Translations under genes and position numbers: made by a program | Shown here: piece by piece, positions 14,972-32,008 of the stretch | Layout of the letters: each line of letters starts with the position of its first letter | How positions within the stretch are numbered: position 1 is the first letter of the stretch | The notes under the pieces: model-generated | The model's database searches: none | Seen by the model: only the letters and a program-made list of their open reading frames with translations | What the model was told of the DNA's origin: nothing | Assembly: GCF_009914755.1 (NCBI RefSeq) | Contig: NC_060926.1 | DNA length: 64,000 nt | Strand: one strand, 5' to 3' | DNA from: the human T2T-CHM13v2.0 reference genome, Homo sapiens

Positions 14972-16930
14972 TCTTGCTACTTAAAATGTGGTGCCTGCAC
15001 CAGCAACATCAGTGTCACCTGGGACTTGTTAGAAATGCAAAATCTCAGGCCCCACTCTGGACCTACTGAGCATTTTAACAAGATTTCCAGGTAGTTTGAG
15101 AAGCACTGAGCCAGATGACTCCAAGTTTCCTCTCAATTCTGCAGCTCTCTGGCTCTAAGAATTCACTTCGCAGAAACTAGATCCCACCAGTGTTATATAT
15201 GGAAGGAAGCACACAAAGAGAAGAGGATATTGACTTCAAAGAGTTTACGATTTTAGTTCAGTAGTATTCCAACTTTACCGTGCAGAAGATTTCCTTGGAG
15301 AACTTGTTAAAAATGTAGTGCCCTTGAGGTACTTGTTAAAAACGTGCTCCCCCTTCAAATTTGGATCCAGTAGATTGTAACTGTACCTGGGAATCTGCAT
15401 TTTGAACAAGCATTCTGAAGGGTTCTGATGCACTTGAGCCTTGGGCACCACTCAGAGTAATGACCCCCTCATCATGCCCTTCTCTCTCTTCACCATCAGG
15501 CTCCCTTTGTGGCAGGCCAGATGGACTGCTGCATGAACAACACAGCTGTCTTCTTGCCAGTCCTGGTTGGCTTCAATCCAGTGAGCATGGCCAGGTGAGC
15601 CTTCTGGAATGACTGGGCAGCCCTGGGGCAGGCTGGAGGGGAACATGTCAAAGTCTACAGTACAACCACAAGGGAGAGAACAGATAGTCTTGTTCACCAA
15701 ATCTCAGAATATTAAAGTAAATATGGGGTGCCCCTAAGCTTATAAGGTTTTTTGTTTGTTGGTTGGTTGAATTATTCTCTTCTTGTTTCAGAAAGCATTA
15801 AAGGCAGCTTATAAAGGATGCATAAAATATAAGATAGCATACATTCAAAACAGGGATTGAAGAGGCAAGAGAAACAAGGAATAAAATGGAGGATAAAATG
15901 GGGTCAGGAAGATGCATACCATAAAGATTTGTGCTTTCATATGGGGGTGAGCCCCAAGCACCTTTTCAAAGTAGTAGTAGTGGGTGCCAGATGGCCTCCT
16001 ACTCCTCTTTGTCCAGTTCCCTTATTTAGTGCCCATTCTCTCTCATCATTCCAGGCACCCCTTTCCTCCCCCGAGGATCCTCAGATCTCTCACTGTCTTC
16101 CCTTCCCTGAGAGCCCCTCATTACCAAATCACCTCCCTCTTATTCTCTATGTCAGTGGTCACTCTTATTTCAGAATAAATCAACATATTAAACCAGTAGT
16201 GCTCAGATGTGGTTCTGTGCATGAGCTGCCTGGGGAATGTTACAAAAAAATAAAGAAGATTCTTAGTTCCTTGTGTAAGAGGTCTGATTTTGTAGGTTTG
16301 GAGTAAGGCCCTGAAATATCTATTTTTTGAAAGCAACCCTGGAGATTCTGATGCACAGCCAGGTTTGGGGAACTCTGCTAAATAAACCATTGGAGTGGGC
16401 CACCTGACAAAGCTGAGGGCTTCCTGACACCAGAGGGATGCGGCAAAGGCTTGTTGATTATTTTAGAGCAGCTTTTTGTATTTAGCGGTGGTCTTGGGAA
16501 GGGGGACAAGTGGGTTTTTCCAAGGTGCTTTTTCACCTTCCAGATTCTAGGCGGTAGTATAATTTATGCGAAGGTGTAAATGAATCTGAAATACTCCTAA
16601 CCCTGATCCTTTTCATGGAGGGCTCTCCTTCACCAAAAATGTATCTGCTGCAGTGGATGCTAATTTCAGGCCCTATGACTAAGTGAAATGAAGAATTTCA
16701 AACAACGTAGGCGTGGAGATCTTCCAGTTGTTCCTTAAATCAGTGGCTCCCAAACTTGGCTGATTTTCAGAGTCATCTGGGAAGCTTTTTTAAAATACAG
16801 ATTTTTGGGCTCCACTCCAGAACTACTGAATCTGAATCTTAGGGTGGACTTGGTACCCAGAAATGGGTAGTTATTAAAAAACAAAACTCCCCAGATGATT
16901 TGGATGCCCAGCTGTGTTTAGGAATCTCGA
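14972..16930. mobile_element. MER5-type DNA transposon copies (~14972-15110, ~15260-15450, ~16195-16380, ~16741-16925)
   Basis: CACCTGGGA.CTTGTTAGAAATGCA / GATTCTGATGCA / TTTGAGAA.CACTG motifs. Confidence 0.65.
15500..15594 (+). CDS. GCKR: GCKR exon 8
   Basis: AG/GTGAG, 95 nt, APFVAGQMD...GFNP. Confidence 0.95.
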
Positions 16931-17878
16931 CGTTAAACCATACGATATGAACCCTCTCTGCTTTAGTCTCCTCTTTCTTAGGACTCTAGGAAGTTTCAGA
17001 AATAGTTTGAGGAAGAATGACAGGAGACATTTTATACAACGGGCATGAAATATGTGAAACTTGTCTGCCATAGAAGTAATACAGAAGAAAAAAAATACAA
17101 AAATAGTTCAAGAAGGGAGGGAACCTTTGCAGGATGGGATGATAAGGTGAAATTAGGGGTGCCATGTACAGAAGTAACTAACTCTTTGAGGTCCTGCCAC
17201 AGTGGGCGATTCACAAATTATCCCCTAGCAAAGCCATTAGAAATCAACTAAAGAAGATTGTCATTCTTTGAGATTCCGTGATTTGTAACTAAGCAGATAA
17301 CAAGTCTGTAGCTCTCTTGCCTCATGAACACATTTATTTGTTCCCAATTAATTTACTCAAGGAATGTTCAACAACTGTGAGGTGCTACCTTGAAGCTTGG
17401 TTCCCTCACTGTTATCCCTCCCTCTGGTACTGAGGGTTCACTCTTTGGAGGGATTTCCAGAATGTATTCCCACAAATGGGAAGGGCTTCTGATGGACCCT
17501 AAGATGGAAAATAAGGTGACAATTTTGACATTTGAATAACAGGCCTTCCCTAAAGGACCTGCAGAGAGTGACATTAGTATAGCCATGGCATTGGGGCTTA
17601 TGCAAGGAGCAGGACACAAGATAGTTTGGGTCTCAGGCTGGGACTTTAAACTTGAGTGTTGGCTTTGCTCTGGGCTTGAGGTGCTGCATGTTTTATTAAC
17701 CCCTGTCCTTGGGGTTCGGGGACACAGTGCCTCTAAAAGTTCCAAAGCATATGTCTGTATGAAGTTGTTGACCTCTGACCTCAATCCCAATGCAGTCTTT
17801 GATCATGACTCCCAGCTGAGGCCCTTCTTTGAGATCCTCATAGACAATCTCCCCACCTTGTGTCTCTCTGGACCTCAG

Positions 17879-17984
17879 AAATGACCCCATTGAAGACTGG
17901 AGTTCAACATTCCGACAAGTAGCAGAGCGGATGCAGAAAATGCAGGAGAAACAGAAAGCTTTTGTGCTCAATCCTGCCATCGGG
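17879..17984 (+). CDS. GCKR: GCKR exon 9 (to aa250)
   Basis: AG/GT, 106 nt. Confidence 0.95.
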
Positions 17985-18724
17985 GTAGGGCCTCTCCTTT
18001 TTCTATGTTCTCCACCCCTCCAACACCTGGGAACTGCTTGCCACTTCCTTGGGGCCTCTGATTTTAGGTTCTATTATATCTTGTTTAAATTCCTGAGGTA
18101 TTGTGAGTCAGCTAAAATGTTATAAACCAAATCCTATTTTCCCATTTACATTTTCACCTTAAGATATTTCGTCTTCATTCCAACCCTCTCTCTCAAATTG
18201 GTAAGCCTTAAACACTTCAGCGGTCTGGGACAGTTTCTATTTAAAGAAGCTCTTTGCCATCTATGTATAGAGAGCGTTGAATAGCCATTGTTATGTTTCA
18301 GTCTGTCTCTCTCACATATTTACATTTTAAATATGGGCTTTAAAAAATGGGGTGCAGTTTTGTTTCATTCTTCTGCCTTTCTAAATCCTCTCCAAAATTG
18401 GGTGGCCCTTCTTAGGTTGAAAGCTGTTTTCTCTTGTTCCTTTTTTTCTCATCTGGATTGCAGATACATTTCACTAGCACCATTTCTCCTTACTTGGGCC
18501 TTACGAGGGCCTTAGCCAAATTCCAGCCCGTGCCTCCCTCTACCAGTGGTGGGCACACCATCTGCGACATTCTCCTCCATCTTCCTTTTGTGAGATAAGA
18601 AGGTAGAATTCCATATGACATAAGAATTCCACGGCTTTCACCTCCTAAATGCTCATCTGTCTTTCCTCCTCCCTGCAAATGTTGACTTTCAATGGCTTTC
18701 AATCTTCTTTTCTCAGTCACTACT

Positions 18725-19892
<1,168 letters not shown>

Positions 19893-20083
19893 CTAGGAGT
19901 GATCAGAGGAGGCCCTTCCCCTCTTTCTAATCTTCCTCTCGGTCAAGCCCACCCCAGCACCCTTCCTCACAAGCACACTGGGGGCCACTGGTACTATCAC
20001 ATGCATGCCCGGGGGTTACTAACAAGTGGTCTACGGGGTCTTCATCCTCTCCCAATTCCTCTTGGGTGTCTTCACCTCTTCAG

Positions 20084-20202
20084 CCCGAGGGTCTCAGCGG
20101 CTCCTCCCGGATGAAAGGTGGAAGTGCCACCAAGATTCTGCTGGAAACCCTGTTATTAGCAGCCCATAAGACTGTGGACCAGGGCATTGCAGCATCTCAA
20201 AG
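20084..20202 (+). CDS. GCKR: GCKR exon 10 (PEGLSGSSRMKGGSATK, GKRP/MurQ signature)
   Basis: AG/GT, 119 nt. Confidence 0.96.
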
Positions 20203-20846
20203 GTAGGGAGGATCTGGATAAGAGAGAGCTCAGAGTCAGGCGAGTGTGAGATGGTGTGGATGGAGATTGGCAGGTGTAGATCCAAGGACTGGGCTGGTGG
20301 CAGTAAGACTGCAGCCCACCACGCCTCCCCTGGGAAGGGAGCTGGGTAGTACATGCTGTTGCTCCCACCTCATAGTTGCAGAGTCCGAATTGTTTCCAGT
20401 GGATCCTGGATTCCTCAGGCCCAGACCTAATCCCTGAGCCTGCCTGGGGCCTCCAAAGCTAGCCTGGCTCCCTAGGGTCCTTTGATTTGGGGGTGGTCCA
20501 GGCCATGCAGGTAGAGCTTATCCTACTCTGGACCTGCCTCCCTCTCCAGGGTCTCTAGCCTCACTCCTAGGCTGCTCATGCCCCTTCCCAGTGGCTCTCA
20601 GATCCTGCTCCTCCTGGTGCTTTCCTGCTGCACTCGTCCCTCTTTCTGCTCTTTTGTTTTCTGCCCATTGAAGAAGCCCTTGCTGCCCCTTCGGAACGCA
20701 GTCTGGGCCTACTCTCTGCACCTCTCCAGGGACCAGCAGAATTTAGTTCTAAGGGAGCTGTGCCTTCACCTCCCCGCTCAGGGAGGCACCTAAGCTTTCT
20801 GAGGGGGAATTGGGCCCTTCTTGAGAGCTGGTGGCTTTTCTCCCAG

Positions 20847-20945
20847 ATGCCTCCTGGAAATCTTGCGGACATTTGAGCGAGCTCATCAGGTGACCTACAG
20901 CCAAAGCCCCAAGATTGCCACCCTGATGAAGAGTGTCAGCACCAG
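20847..20945 (+). CDS. GCKR: GCKR exon 11
   Basis: AG/GT, 99 nt. Confidence 0.94.
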
Positions 20946-21153
20946 GTGTGTGGATATGTGTTTAGAGGTGAGGATGTGACCCGGATGGAGAATACTGAGA
21001 GCAGGGAGACTCTGTGAGACATGTTAACACGGTATGGGCGATAGGATTGCATGTTGAAGGGTCATGGTTTGTTGACTCCTGTGTTCTTCTGTGGACATCT
21101 CTGGCCTCTTTGCACGGTGATCTCTCATGTCCTGACCTCTGACCCATTCTCAG

Positions 21154-21251
21154 TCTGGAGAAGAAAGGCCACGTGTACCTGGTTGGCTGGCAGACCCTGG
21201 GCATCATTGCCATCATGGATGGAGTAGAGTGCATCCACACCTTTGGTGCTG
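21154..21251 (+). CDS. GCKR: GCKR exon 12
   Basis: AG/GT, 98 nt, DGVECIHTFG (second SIS domain). Confidence 0.94.
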
Positions 21252-21600
21252 GTGGGACCCCAGTCCAGATGTTCTTCCTGCTTCCTCCTGATCCCAACCA
21301 TTCGGGCTGCTCTCCAAACACTGTCCTACTCCCAACCCATGGGTGTTCCTCAGTGTCCCACCTTCCCTATCTAAATAGGCACTTCAGTCAAATTCTTCTT
21401 CCTTAGAACCCCAACTCAGTCCTTGATCCCTTCTCAGCTCCCACCCCTGTGCTTAACTATGGCCTCCCACAAGGGCTACTCCTCACTCTACGCCCCACTT
21501 GCCACTTTTCCTCCCAGTCCCATTTTCTCCCCCTGAAGCCTAGAACCTTCCTTTCCTATATAGCCAATCACTCCTCTCTCCTTGTTCTTAAACTTCCCAG

Positions 21601-21677
21601 ATTTCCGAGATGTCCGTGGCTTTCTCATTGGTGATCACAGTGACATGTTTAACCAGAAGGCTGAGCTCACCAACCAG
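21601..21677 (+). CDS. GCKR: GCKR exon 13 (to aa381)
   Basis: AG/GT, 77 nt. Confidence 0.94.
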
Positions 21678-22046
21678 GTCGGAGAAGAACAGGACTTGGG
21701 GAAGCTGGGGAGACCACTAGTGTGCTGAGGGTGGAAGAAAAGGGGAAGGCGGAGCTAGGTGGGAAGTTCATTGGAATAGACGGTCCAGAGAAGAGAATAT
21801 GGGTCAGAAGTCATGAGGCTTTGGCTTAGCATGGGCAGTGTGGAAAGCTCTAGATCCAGTCCCCAAACTTGGCCCTAGTCCACTGACTTGTTACATAATC
21901 TTGGGCAAAACACTGTACCTTTTGAACTTCAGCTCTTTCACCTGTGCACAAAAGTGTTAGATCTCCTCCACGGCCCCCTTTAGTCCTCAAGTCTGTGCTT
22001 TAGAGTGTTTTCATGGGAGGGACCCTCCCATCTTCTTCTGCCCCAG

Positions 22047-22143
22047 GGTCCCCAGTTCACCTTCTCCCAGGAGGACTTCCTGACTTCCATCCTTCCCTCT
22101 CTCACGGAAATCGATACTGTGGTCTTCATTTTCACCCTGGATG
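22047..22143 (+). CDS. GCKR: GCKR exon 14
   Basis: AG/GTGAG, 97 nt. Confidence 0.95.
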
Positions 22144-22342
22144 GTGAGAGGGAAGATGGGAGTGGTGAGGGGTGGGGAGGGGGAAATAGAATGGTTCAGA
22201 GGAGCTGTTGTTTTTCTGGGTCTTAGGGTACCTGCTCAGAGGGAGGGACGGGGTGAATATCCTGACTGGACCCCAGCCAGGGGAGCAGGAGGAACAGCTG
22301 CACAGCCAGCCTTTCGACTCTGATGCCCTCCCCTTCTCCTAG

Positions 22343-22440
22343 ACAACCTCACGGAGGTGCAGACTATAGTGGAGCAGGTGAAAGAGAAGACCAACCACAT
22401 CCAGGCCCTGGCACACAGCACCGTGGGTCAGACCTTGCCG
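22343..22440 (+). CDS. GCKR: GCKR exon 15 (ends with codon 446 = CCG, Pro)
   Basis: AG/GTGAG, 98 nt; cumulative codon count gives 446 at 22438-22440. Confidence 0.96.
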
Positions 22441-22533
22441 GTGAGAGTCCAGCCGTGACAAAGGGACCCAGGTGGCAGTTGCAGCCAGGCCTTCCTGGAG
22501 ATGCCTCTCCTGCTCCTCTTTCTCTCTCTCCAG

Positions 22534-22617
22534 ATCCCTCTGAAGAAGCTCTTTCCCTCCATCATCAGCATCACATGGCCACTGCTTTTCTTTGAATATG
22601 AAGGGAACTTCATCCAG
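22534..22617 (+). CDS. GCKR: GCKR exon 16 (aa447-474)
   Basis: AG/GT, 84 nt. Confidence 0.95.
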
Positions 22618-23724
22618 GTATGGGGAATGAGAAGGTCCTATCTGCAGTAAGGGGCTCAGAGGGTGAGGGATTCCAAGAATCAAAAAACCCAAGGCTGTAG
22701 GGCAGAAAGTTTGGAGACCTCTCTGACCCTCACAAAGCCAGCTGGGCAAGGTCATGGGTTACCAGGTTACTAGTCAGAATTCCCAAGGCAATGAACTACT
22801 GGGCTCAGCTGTCTCTAGGAATATGCAAAAAGTTGCGGGATAGGCCTCCAGTCACCTGACAGATGTTCATTTGTTCTTTGGGACAGGTTAATTATTTTTA
22901 CTTTGAGACAGAGTCTCACTCTGTCGCCCAGGCTGGAGTGCAGTGGTGCAATCTTGGCTCACTGCAACCTCTGCCTCTTGGGTTCAAGTGATTCTCGTGC
23001 CTCAAGTAGCTGGGACTACAGGTGTGCACCACCATGCCCGGCTACTGTTTGTATTTTTAGTAGAGATAGGGTTTCCTCATGTTGGCCAGGCTGGTCTCGA
23101 ACTCCTGACCTCAAGTGATCTGCCTGCCTCGACCTCCCAAAGTACTGGGATTACAGGTGTAAGCCGCTGCGCCTGGCTGGGACAGGTTAATTCTTGATAC
23201 CAAAGTCATCATCATTATCCAAAAGCTTTTACCACACCTTTTTTTTTTTTGCAAGTTTACTATGCTGAATTCATTGCAGATAACTTTATGTGCATATAGT
23301 CCCTGCTTGCCAATGAATTATAATCCAGCACAAATACTGATAATAATTACAGAAATAATAATCAGTGTGTGTGCTCTTTGCAATTTAGAGCTTTGTGTGG
23401 GCATTGGGAGCTCTGGATGCCGGTCTAGCTCTACAGTGTGGCCCAAGAAAGCAAGCAATTTTACATCTCTGGTTCTCAGTTTTCTCATACACCACCTGCC
23501 CACCCTCCATGGGCAGAATCAGGGCCCTGAAGGGTTGCTCTGGAGAGATGTGGTCTCTTATTCGTTATTCAAACCATGTCTGTCAGAAGTTTCCTGGCTT
23601 GACCAGACACAGCTGAAACACTGACTTACCTGGACTCAGAACTCGTATAGAAGCGGAAGTTTCTCTGCCCCTGAACAGGGAATCCACTCTCCTTCCAATG
23701 TCTTTCATTCTTTTTATTTTTTAA

Positions 23725-23889
<165 letters not shown>

Positions 23890-25335
23890 TAGAGATCGGG
23901 TTTCTCCACATTGCCCAGGCTGTTTGCCAACTCCTAGACTCAAGTGATCCACCCGCCTTAGCCTCCCAAAGTGCTGAGATTGCAGGCGTGAGCCACTACG
24001 CCTAGCCAAAACACTGTATTTTTAAAGAAAAATGTTCATTTTAACAGCCATACATTTTTTATAGATACATTTTTTATAGTAAAGACGTTACAAATTACAG
24101 AAATGCAAAAAAGAAAAAATCACTCCAAATCTACCATCTTCAAAAAAAAAAAAAAAAAACACTCTAACAAATTTTGGAGAATGTCCTTTTAAATTTCTAT
24201 TATATGCATATATAAATATATTTGTACAAAAGTAAGACCATACTTGATATGCTGTTTTAAAGTTGCTTTATGAACATCTTTCTGTACTAATAGATCACCA
24301 TCATTTTCAAAAATTATTATTATTATTATTTATTTTTATCATGCCGGGACATGTTCTCATCTGATAGATCACTACTATCATTTTTTTTTTTTTTAAGATG
24401 GAGTCTCGCTCTGTCACCCAGACTGGAGTGCAGTGGCGCGATCTCCGCTCACTGCAAGCTCTGTCTCCCAGGTTCACGCCATTCTCCTGCCTCAGCCTCC
24501 TGAGCAGCTGGGACTACAGGTGCCCGCCACCACGCCTGGCTAATTTTTTGTATTTTTTAGTAGAGACGGGGTTTCACCGTGTTAGCCAGGATGGTCTCGA
24601 TCTTCTGAACTTGTGATCCACCCGCCTCAGCCTCCCAAAGTGCTGCGATTACAGGCGTGAGCCACCACGCCCGGCCACTACTATCATTTTTAGTGTCAAT
24701 GTAATATTCCACTGTATAGATGTACCATAAATTGTTTAACTCCGATTATCAGACACAGAGACAACTTCAATATTATGGTTTTTATTAAAGTGCTGCACTG
24801 AACATCCTTATAAACACATCTTTTAGGCATTTGACTTGTTTCACCAGGATAAACCCCAAAAGCGAAATCACTGGGTCAAAGGGGATGTAAAATTTTGAAG
24901 CTTTTTGATACATACAGCCAAACTGCCCTCCAAAGAGGTTTATAAATAAAGCATGAAGTTGCTTGTTCCCTTACACCCTTATACATACTGGATAGCATCC
25001 TTATAAAAAAATCTTTGCTAATCAGTAAAGCAACAAAAGGGCATTTTAGTGTTATTTTAATTTATATTTCTTTAATTATTGTGTAGGTGGACTACTTAAA
25101 AATATATATTGGCCATTTGATACTTTTTTTTTGTCTTTCATGTACTGCTTCTTGTCTTTTGGGTCTATTTACCCATTCTTTCTTTGGGGGGTATTTTTTT
25201 TTCTTATTTGTAAGAAGGGGTGTGTATAGCAAAAACAGTAGCCCTTTTTTTCTTTTCTATATTTTTCCCAGCTTAATATTTTCTTTTGTTTTTACGTTTT
25301 TTATGTAGAGACATTTTATTTAAAATGTTACATAG

Positions 25336-25632
<297 letters not shown>

Positions 25633-26322
25633 TAATACACCTGCCTTGGCCTCTCGAAGTGCTGGGATTACAGGAGTGAGCCACTGCACTCAGCCTGGTT
25701 TTATCTTTCTAAATGAATTGGAATTGTTTGAAATAAAGAGGCTTTGTTTGGGCTGGTCAATCTTTAGCTATAGAAATATTTTTGACAGACGCCGTGGCTC
25801 ACGCCTGTAATCCCAGCACTTTGGGATGCCAAGGCGGGCAGGTCACCTGAGGTCAAGAGTTCGAGACCACCCTGGCCAACATGGTGAAACCCTGTCTCTA
25901 CTAAAAATACAAAAAAATTACCTGAGCATGGTAGTGGGTGCCTGTAATCCCAGCTAGTCGGGAGGCTGAGGCAGGAGAAGCCGAGGTTGCAGTAAGCTGA
26001 GAACGCACCATTGCACTCCAGCCAGGGCAACAAGAGTGAAACTCTGTCTCAAAAAAAAATAATAATAAAAATTAAAAATAAAAAAAAGAAATATTTTCTA
26101 TGTAAACTGTTCCTACACTTTTATTTTGTTTTGTTTTGTTTTCTTTTTTGCCTTCCGAAGTGACAGTGGATACACTTTTATTTTGATAAAAATCAAACCT
26201 ACAGAAAAATACGAAAATGGTGCAAGGAACACCCATATACTTTTCCCTAGATTCATCAATTATTAACATTTTGCCATATTTGCTTCATCTCTTTCTTTTC
26301 CCCTGAATTATATGAAAGATAA

Positions 26323-26433
<111 letters not shown>

Positions 26434-26500
26434 TGATCTCTACTAAAAATACAAAAATTAGCCAGGCGTGGTAGCTTGGACCTGTAATCACAACTACTCA

Positions 26501-26692
<192 letters not shown>

Positions 26693-26695
26693 TCA

Positions 26696-26950
<255 letters not shown>

Positions 26951-28277
26951 CTAATTACTTTGGTATGTGTCCTCTAAGAACAAGGGCATTCACCTACATA
27001 ATTACAATATACTTTTCCACTCAGGAAAATGACAATTAATATACTATTATCTATTATCTAGACCATATTCAAATTTCCCCAAATATTCCTGTATTGTTTT
27101 TATTTCCCAGATCCAGGATCCAATCAAGGATAATGCACTGCATTCAGTTATCAGGTCTTTTGGGTTTTCCTTTACTCCAGATGAGTTTCTCAGTTGTTCT
27201 TTATCTCTTTGATGACATTGATATCTTAGAAGTAAGTCCAGGTCAGTTGTTTTCCAGAATATGCCTCACTTTGGATTTGCCTGATTGTTTCGTCATGATA
27301 TTCAGGTTAAATTTTTTGGCAGGAGTACTGCATAGGGGAAGTTGTGCCCTTATCAGTGTATCACATCGGGAGGTACCTGATGTCAGTTTGCCCCTTTATT
27401 GGTGATGCTACATTCCATCGTTTAGCTAGGATGGTGTCTGTTAGATTTCTCTGTATCCTATTCCTCAGCAATCTTTCACCCAATGGTTTTAGCATCCACT
27501 GATGATTCTTGGTTGAATTAATTATTACTATGGTAGTTTTTCAATGGTGATTTTCTATTTCTATCCCTTCCATCTATATTCAGTAGTTGGCATTCTTCTG
27601 TAAAGAAAATCTCTCTCATCCAGGTGCGGTGGCTCACATCTGTAATCCCAGCACTTTGGGAGGCTGAGGCAGGTGGATCACTTGAGGCCAGCAGTTTGAG
27701 ACCAGCCTGGCCAGCATAGCAAAACCCCATCTCTACTAAAATACAAAAATTAGCCGGGTGTGGTGGTGTGCACCTGTAGTCCCAGATACTCAGGAGGCTG
27801 AGTCGGAGAATTGTTTGAACCAGGAGGTAGAGGTTGCAGTGAGCTGAGATCGTGCCATTGCACTCCAGCCTGGGTGATAGAGCGAGACTCCGTCACAAAA
27901 AAAAAAAAAAAGAAAGAAAGAAAATCTTTTTCTTCTCTCCCCGTCCTATCTACCCTATCTATCTTTGTTTTTTTAGTGTCAATATGGACTCATGAATTTT
28001 TTGTTGTTGTTAAATGTGTTTTAATCCATTCTTATTATTCATTATTTATTTTAATGCTCAAAATGAGAGTTCATTCAAGCTGGTTCCTGTGTCCTTGTGA
28101 CATATCCACATCAGTATTTGAACACTCTTTGTTGTGTTTCTTTTTGTAAAATAATAATAACCTTCTTATGCAAAAGGTAGCATCTTTTTTATATCTTGCA
28201 TTTTTTGCTTAAGATATTCTGAAAATCACTGCAGTGCAGTTTATAGATCTCTTCCTCATTATTACTTATTATTTGCA

Positions 28278-28279
<2 letters not shown>

Positions 28280-28314
<35 letters not shown>
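28280..28314. repeat. (GT)n microsatellite
   Basis: Direct read. Confidence 0.95.
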
Positions 28315-28316
<2 letters not shown>

Positions 28317-29293
28317 CAATAGTTTGCCCTGTCAATCTCCTATGCAGGAACACAAAACCACTGACCCAGGCTCACCTATACTTTCCCTGATCCAGCCCTG
28401 GAGTCAGTCATTTTTCTGAGGAGACCTGATCTTGTTAGTGGGTTCTAGTATTTAGAAACCCAAATGCTAGGTATGTTCACTGCTACTGGTGTGTCTTTGC
28501 CTCTAAGCCCTATCAGTAGAAAGAATAAGGGTGTGTGTATGTGTGTGTTTATGTATATATACATGCATACATACATATACATATGTATGTTTGTTTACAT
28601 ACAGATGAATGTGTCTGCGTATATATATATATACACACACATACATCTATATATACATCTATATAAATACTGTATATATGTTCCCACTCTTCTTCCTCTT
28701 TCCCTTAGTGATAATGTTGATTTCCAACATCATCAATATATCTGCCGTCTCATTCCATTTCCATTCATGCCTGTAGGGAATTAGTTTAATTAGTTACTGG
28801 CTTATCCTCCTATGTTTCTTTTTGGAGAAAAGTGTGTGTGTACATATAAGTTTGCACTTCCTATACAAAAGGCAGTCTACTATACTCTTTTGTGCTTTAA
28901 GAAGATATTCTGAAAATCACTCCATATTGGATCATAGAGCTCTTCCTCATTAATTTTTACCTTTGTGTGTTTCCACATATGTAATAGTTTACTCAGGCAA
29001 TCTCCTATGTAGGACATATAGGTTTCCCATATTTTGCTATGATCAATCATGATGTAATGAATGTACATGTATTTTTATAATGTCAGAAGAGTATCTTTGG
29101 GATAAATTCCTAGAAGTATTAGAGCTGGGTCAAACGGTACATACATATGCCATTTTGTTAGATATTGCAAAATTTCCTTCCATAGGGTTTACTATTTTGC
29201 TTTCCATACCAGCAATATACAAGAATGCTGCTCTCCTACAGCCTCTTGGAGAGTTTTGTGAAGTTTTTGGATTTTGTCAACCTGATAGATTAG

Positions 29294-29801
<508 letters not shown>

Positions 29802-30115
29802 TAGCTAATTTTGTTTCACCATGTTGGCCAGGGGTGTCACCATGTTGGCCAGGCTGGTCTTAAACTCCTGACCTCAAGTGATCCACTCGCCTCTGCCTCC
29901 CAAAGCACTGGGATTATAGGCGTGGTCCAGAAAGCTTTTTCTAACATCTAAATTGTAAAGGAATTCCATCCATGTTTTCTGCTAGTAGAGATGGTTTCTT
30001 TTTTTCTTTTTTAAACACTTAGATCTTTAATTTATTGGGAGTTTATTCTTGTGTATGGGGTAAGGCATGAATCCAATTATTTATTTTTCCAAGTGATTAT
30101 CCAATTGTTCGTATA

Positions 30116-30147
<32 letters not shown>

Positions 30148-30189
30148 GAGACAGAATCTCACTCTGTCACCCACGCTGGTGTGCAGTGA

Positions 30190-30297
<108 letters not shown>

Positions 30298-30630
30298 TAA
30301 ACAAAATTTTTTTTTTTTTTTTTGTAGAGACAGGTTCTTGCTATGTTGCACATGCTGGTCTCAAATCCCTGGCCTCAAGCAATCCTCCTGTCCCAGCCTC
30401 CCAAAGAGCTGGGGTTACTGGGGTGAGCCACCGTGCCTGGCTCCAATATAATTTTTTTAAGTTCATCTTTTCCTGAGTGATTTAGGATGCTATCTGTGTC
30501 ACATACTCAATTTCTATGTGCATTGGTCTATTTATGGACTTTCTATTCTGTTCCACTGGTTTGTCTATTGATGTGCTGGTACCATATGTTTTAATTATGG
30601 AGGCGTTATGGTATGTTTGGTATCCAATAG

Positions 30631-31024
<394 letters not shown>

Positions 31025-31367
31025 TGAATGTGTCGCACTCCAAATTTTGTAAAATTTAAAATATTTTTGTGTTAATGGTGTTAATGTTAATGGTATCAAT
31101 GGTTAGTGGTATAACCTAGATCTAATTGACCTCTCTCCCAAAGTGCAGTCTGACACGCACCCTATAGCATCAGTACTGCATACTTACTGGCCAGTTTCAT
31201 GCTGAAATTTCATGCTGTTCTTATATTTAGTGTCGTGGACATTCACTTATTAAAATGTTTTCAATATACCCTCTTCCAGGGTTTTGTGTGAACAGCTATT
31301 TCTAGAGTTCCAGAATAAAGAGGTAAAAGTAGCAGTAGCCTGTTTCCTCAGCCTGGCTAGGACCACG

Positions 31368-32008
31368 TGTATTAGTACCTTTTTTTTTTTTTTTTTAATA
31401 TGGAGTCTCATTCTGTCGCCAGGCTGGAGTGCAGTGGCGTGATCTAGGCTCACTGCAACCTCTGCCTCCTGGGTTCAAGTGATTCTCCTGCCTCAGCCTC
31501 CTAAGTAGCTCTGACTTACAGGTGCTTGCTACCATGCCTGGCTAATTTTTGTATTTTTAGTAGAGACGGGGTTTCACCATGTTAGCCAGGATGGTCTCAA
31601 TCTCCTGACCTCATGATCCGCCCACCTTGGCCAGTACATTTTCATACTGCTCTAAAGAACTGCCCGAGACTGGGTGATTTATAAAGGAAAGAGGTTTAAT
31701 TGACCCACAGTTCAGCATGGCTGGGGAGGCCTCAGGAAACTTACAATCATGGTGGAAGGTGAAGGGGAAGTAAGGCATCTTCTTCCCAAGGTGGCAGAAA
31801 GGAGAAGTGCCAAGTGAAGGGGGAACAGCCCCCTTATAAAACCATCAGATCTCATGAGAACTCACTATCCCAAGAACAGCATGGGGGAACGCCCCCTGCC
31901 CGCCATGATTCAATTACCTCCACCTGGTCTCTCTCTTGACACATGGGGATTATGGGGATTACAATTCAAGATGAGATTTGGGTGAGGACACAAAGCCTAA
32001 CCATATCA
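31368..32008 (-). mobile_element. MaLR LTR (THE1/MST family) with an Alu inserted near its 3' end (31380-31632)
   Basis: TGTATTAGT...AACCATATCA termini; AGTAC repeated on both sides of the Alu. Confidence 0.8.
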
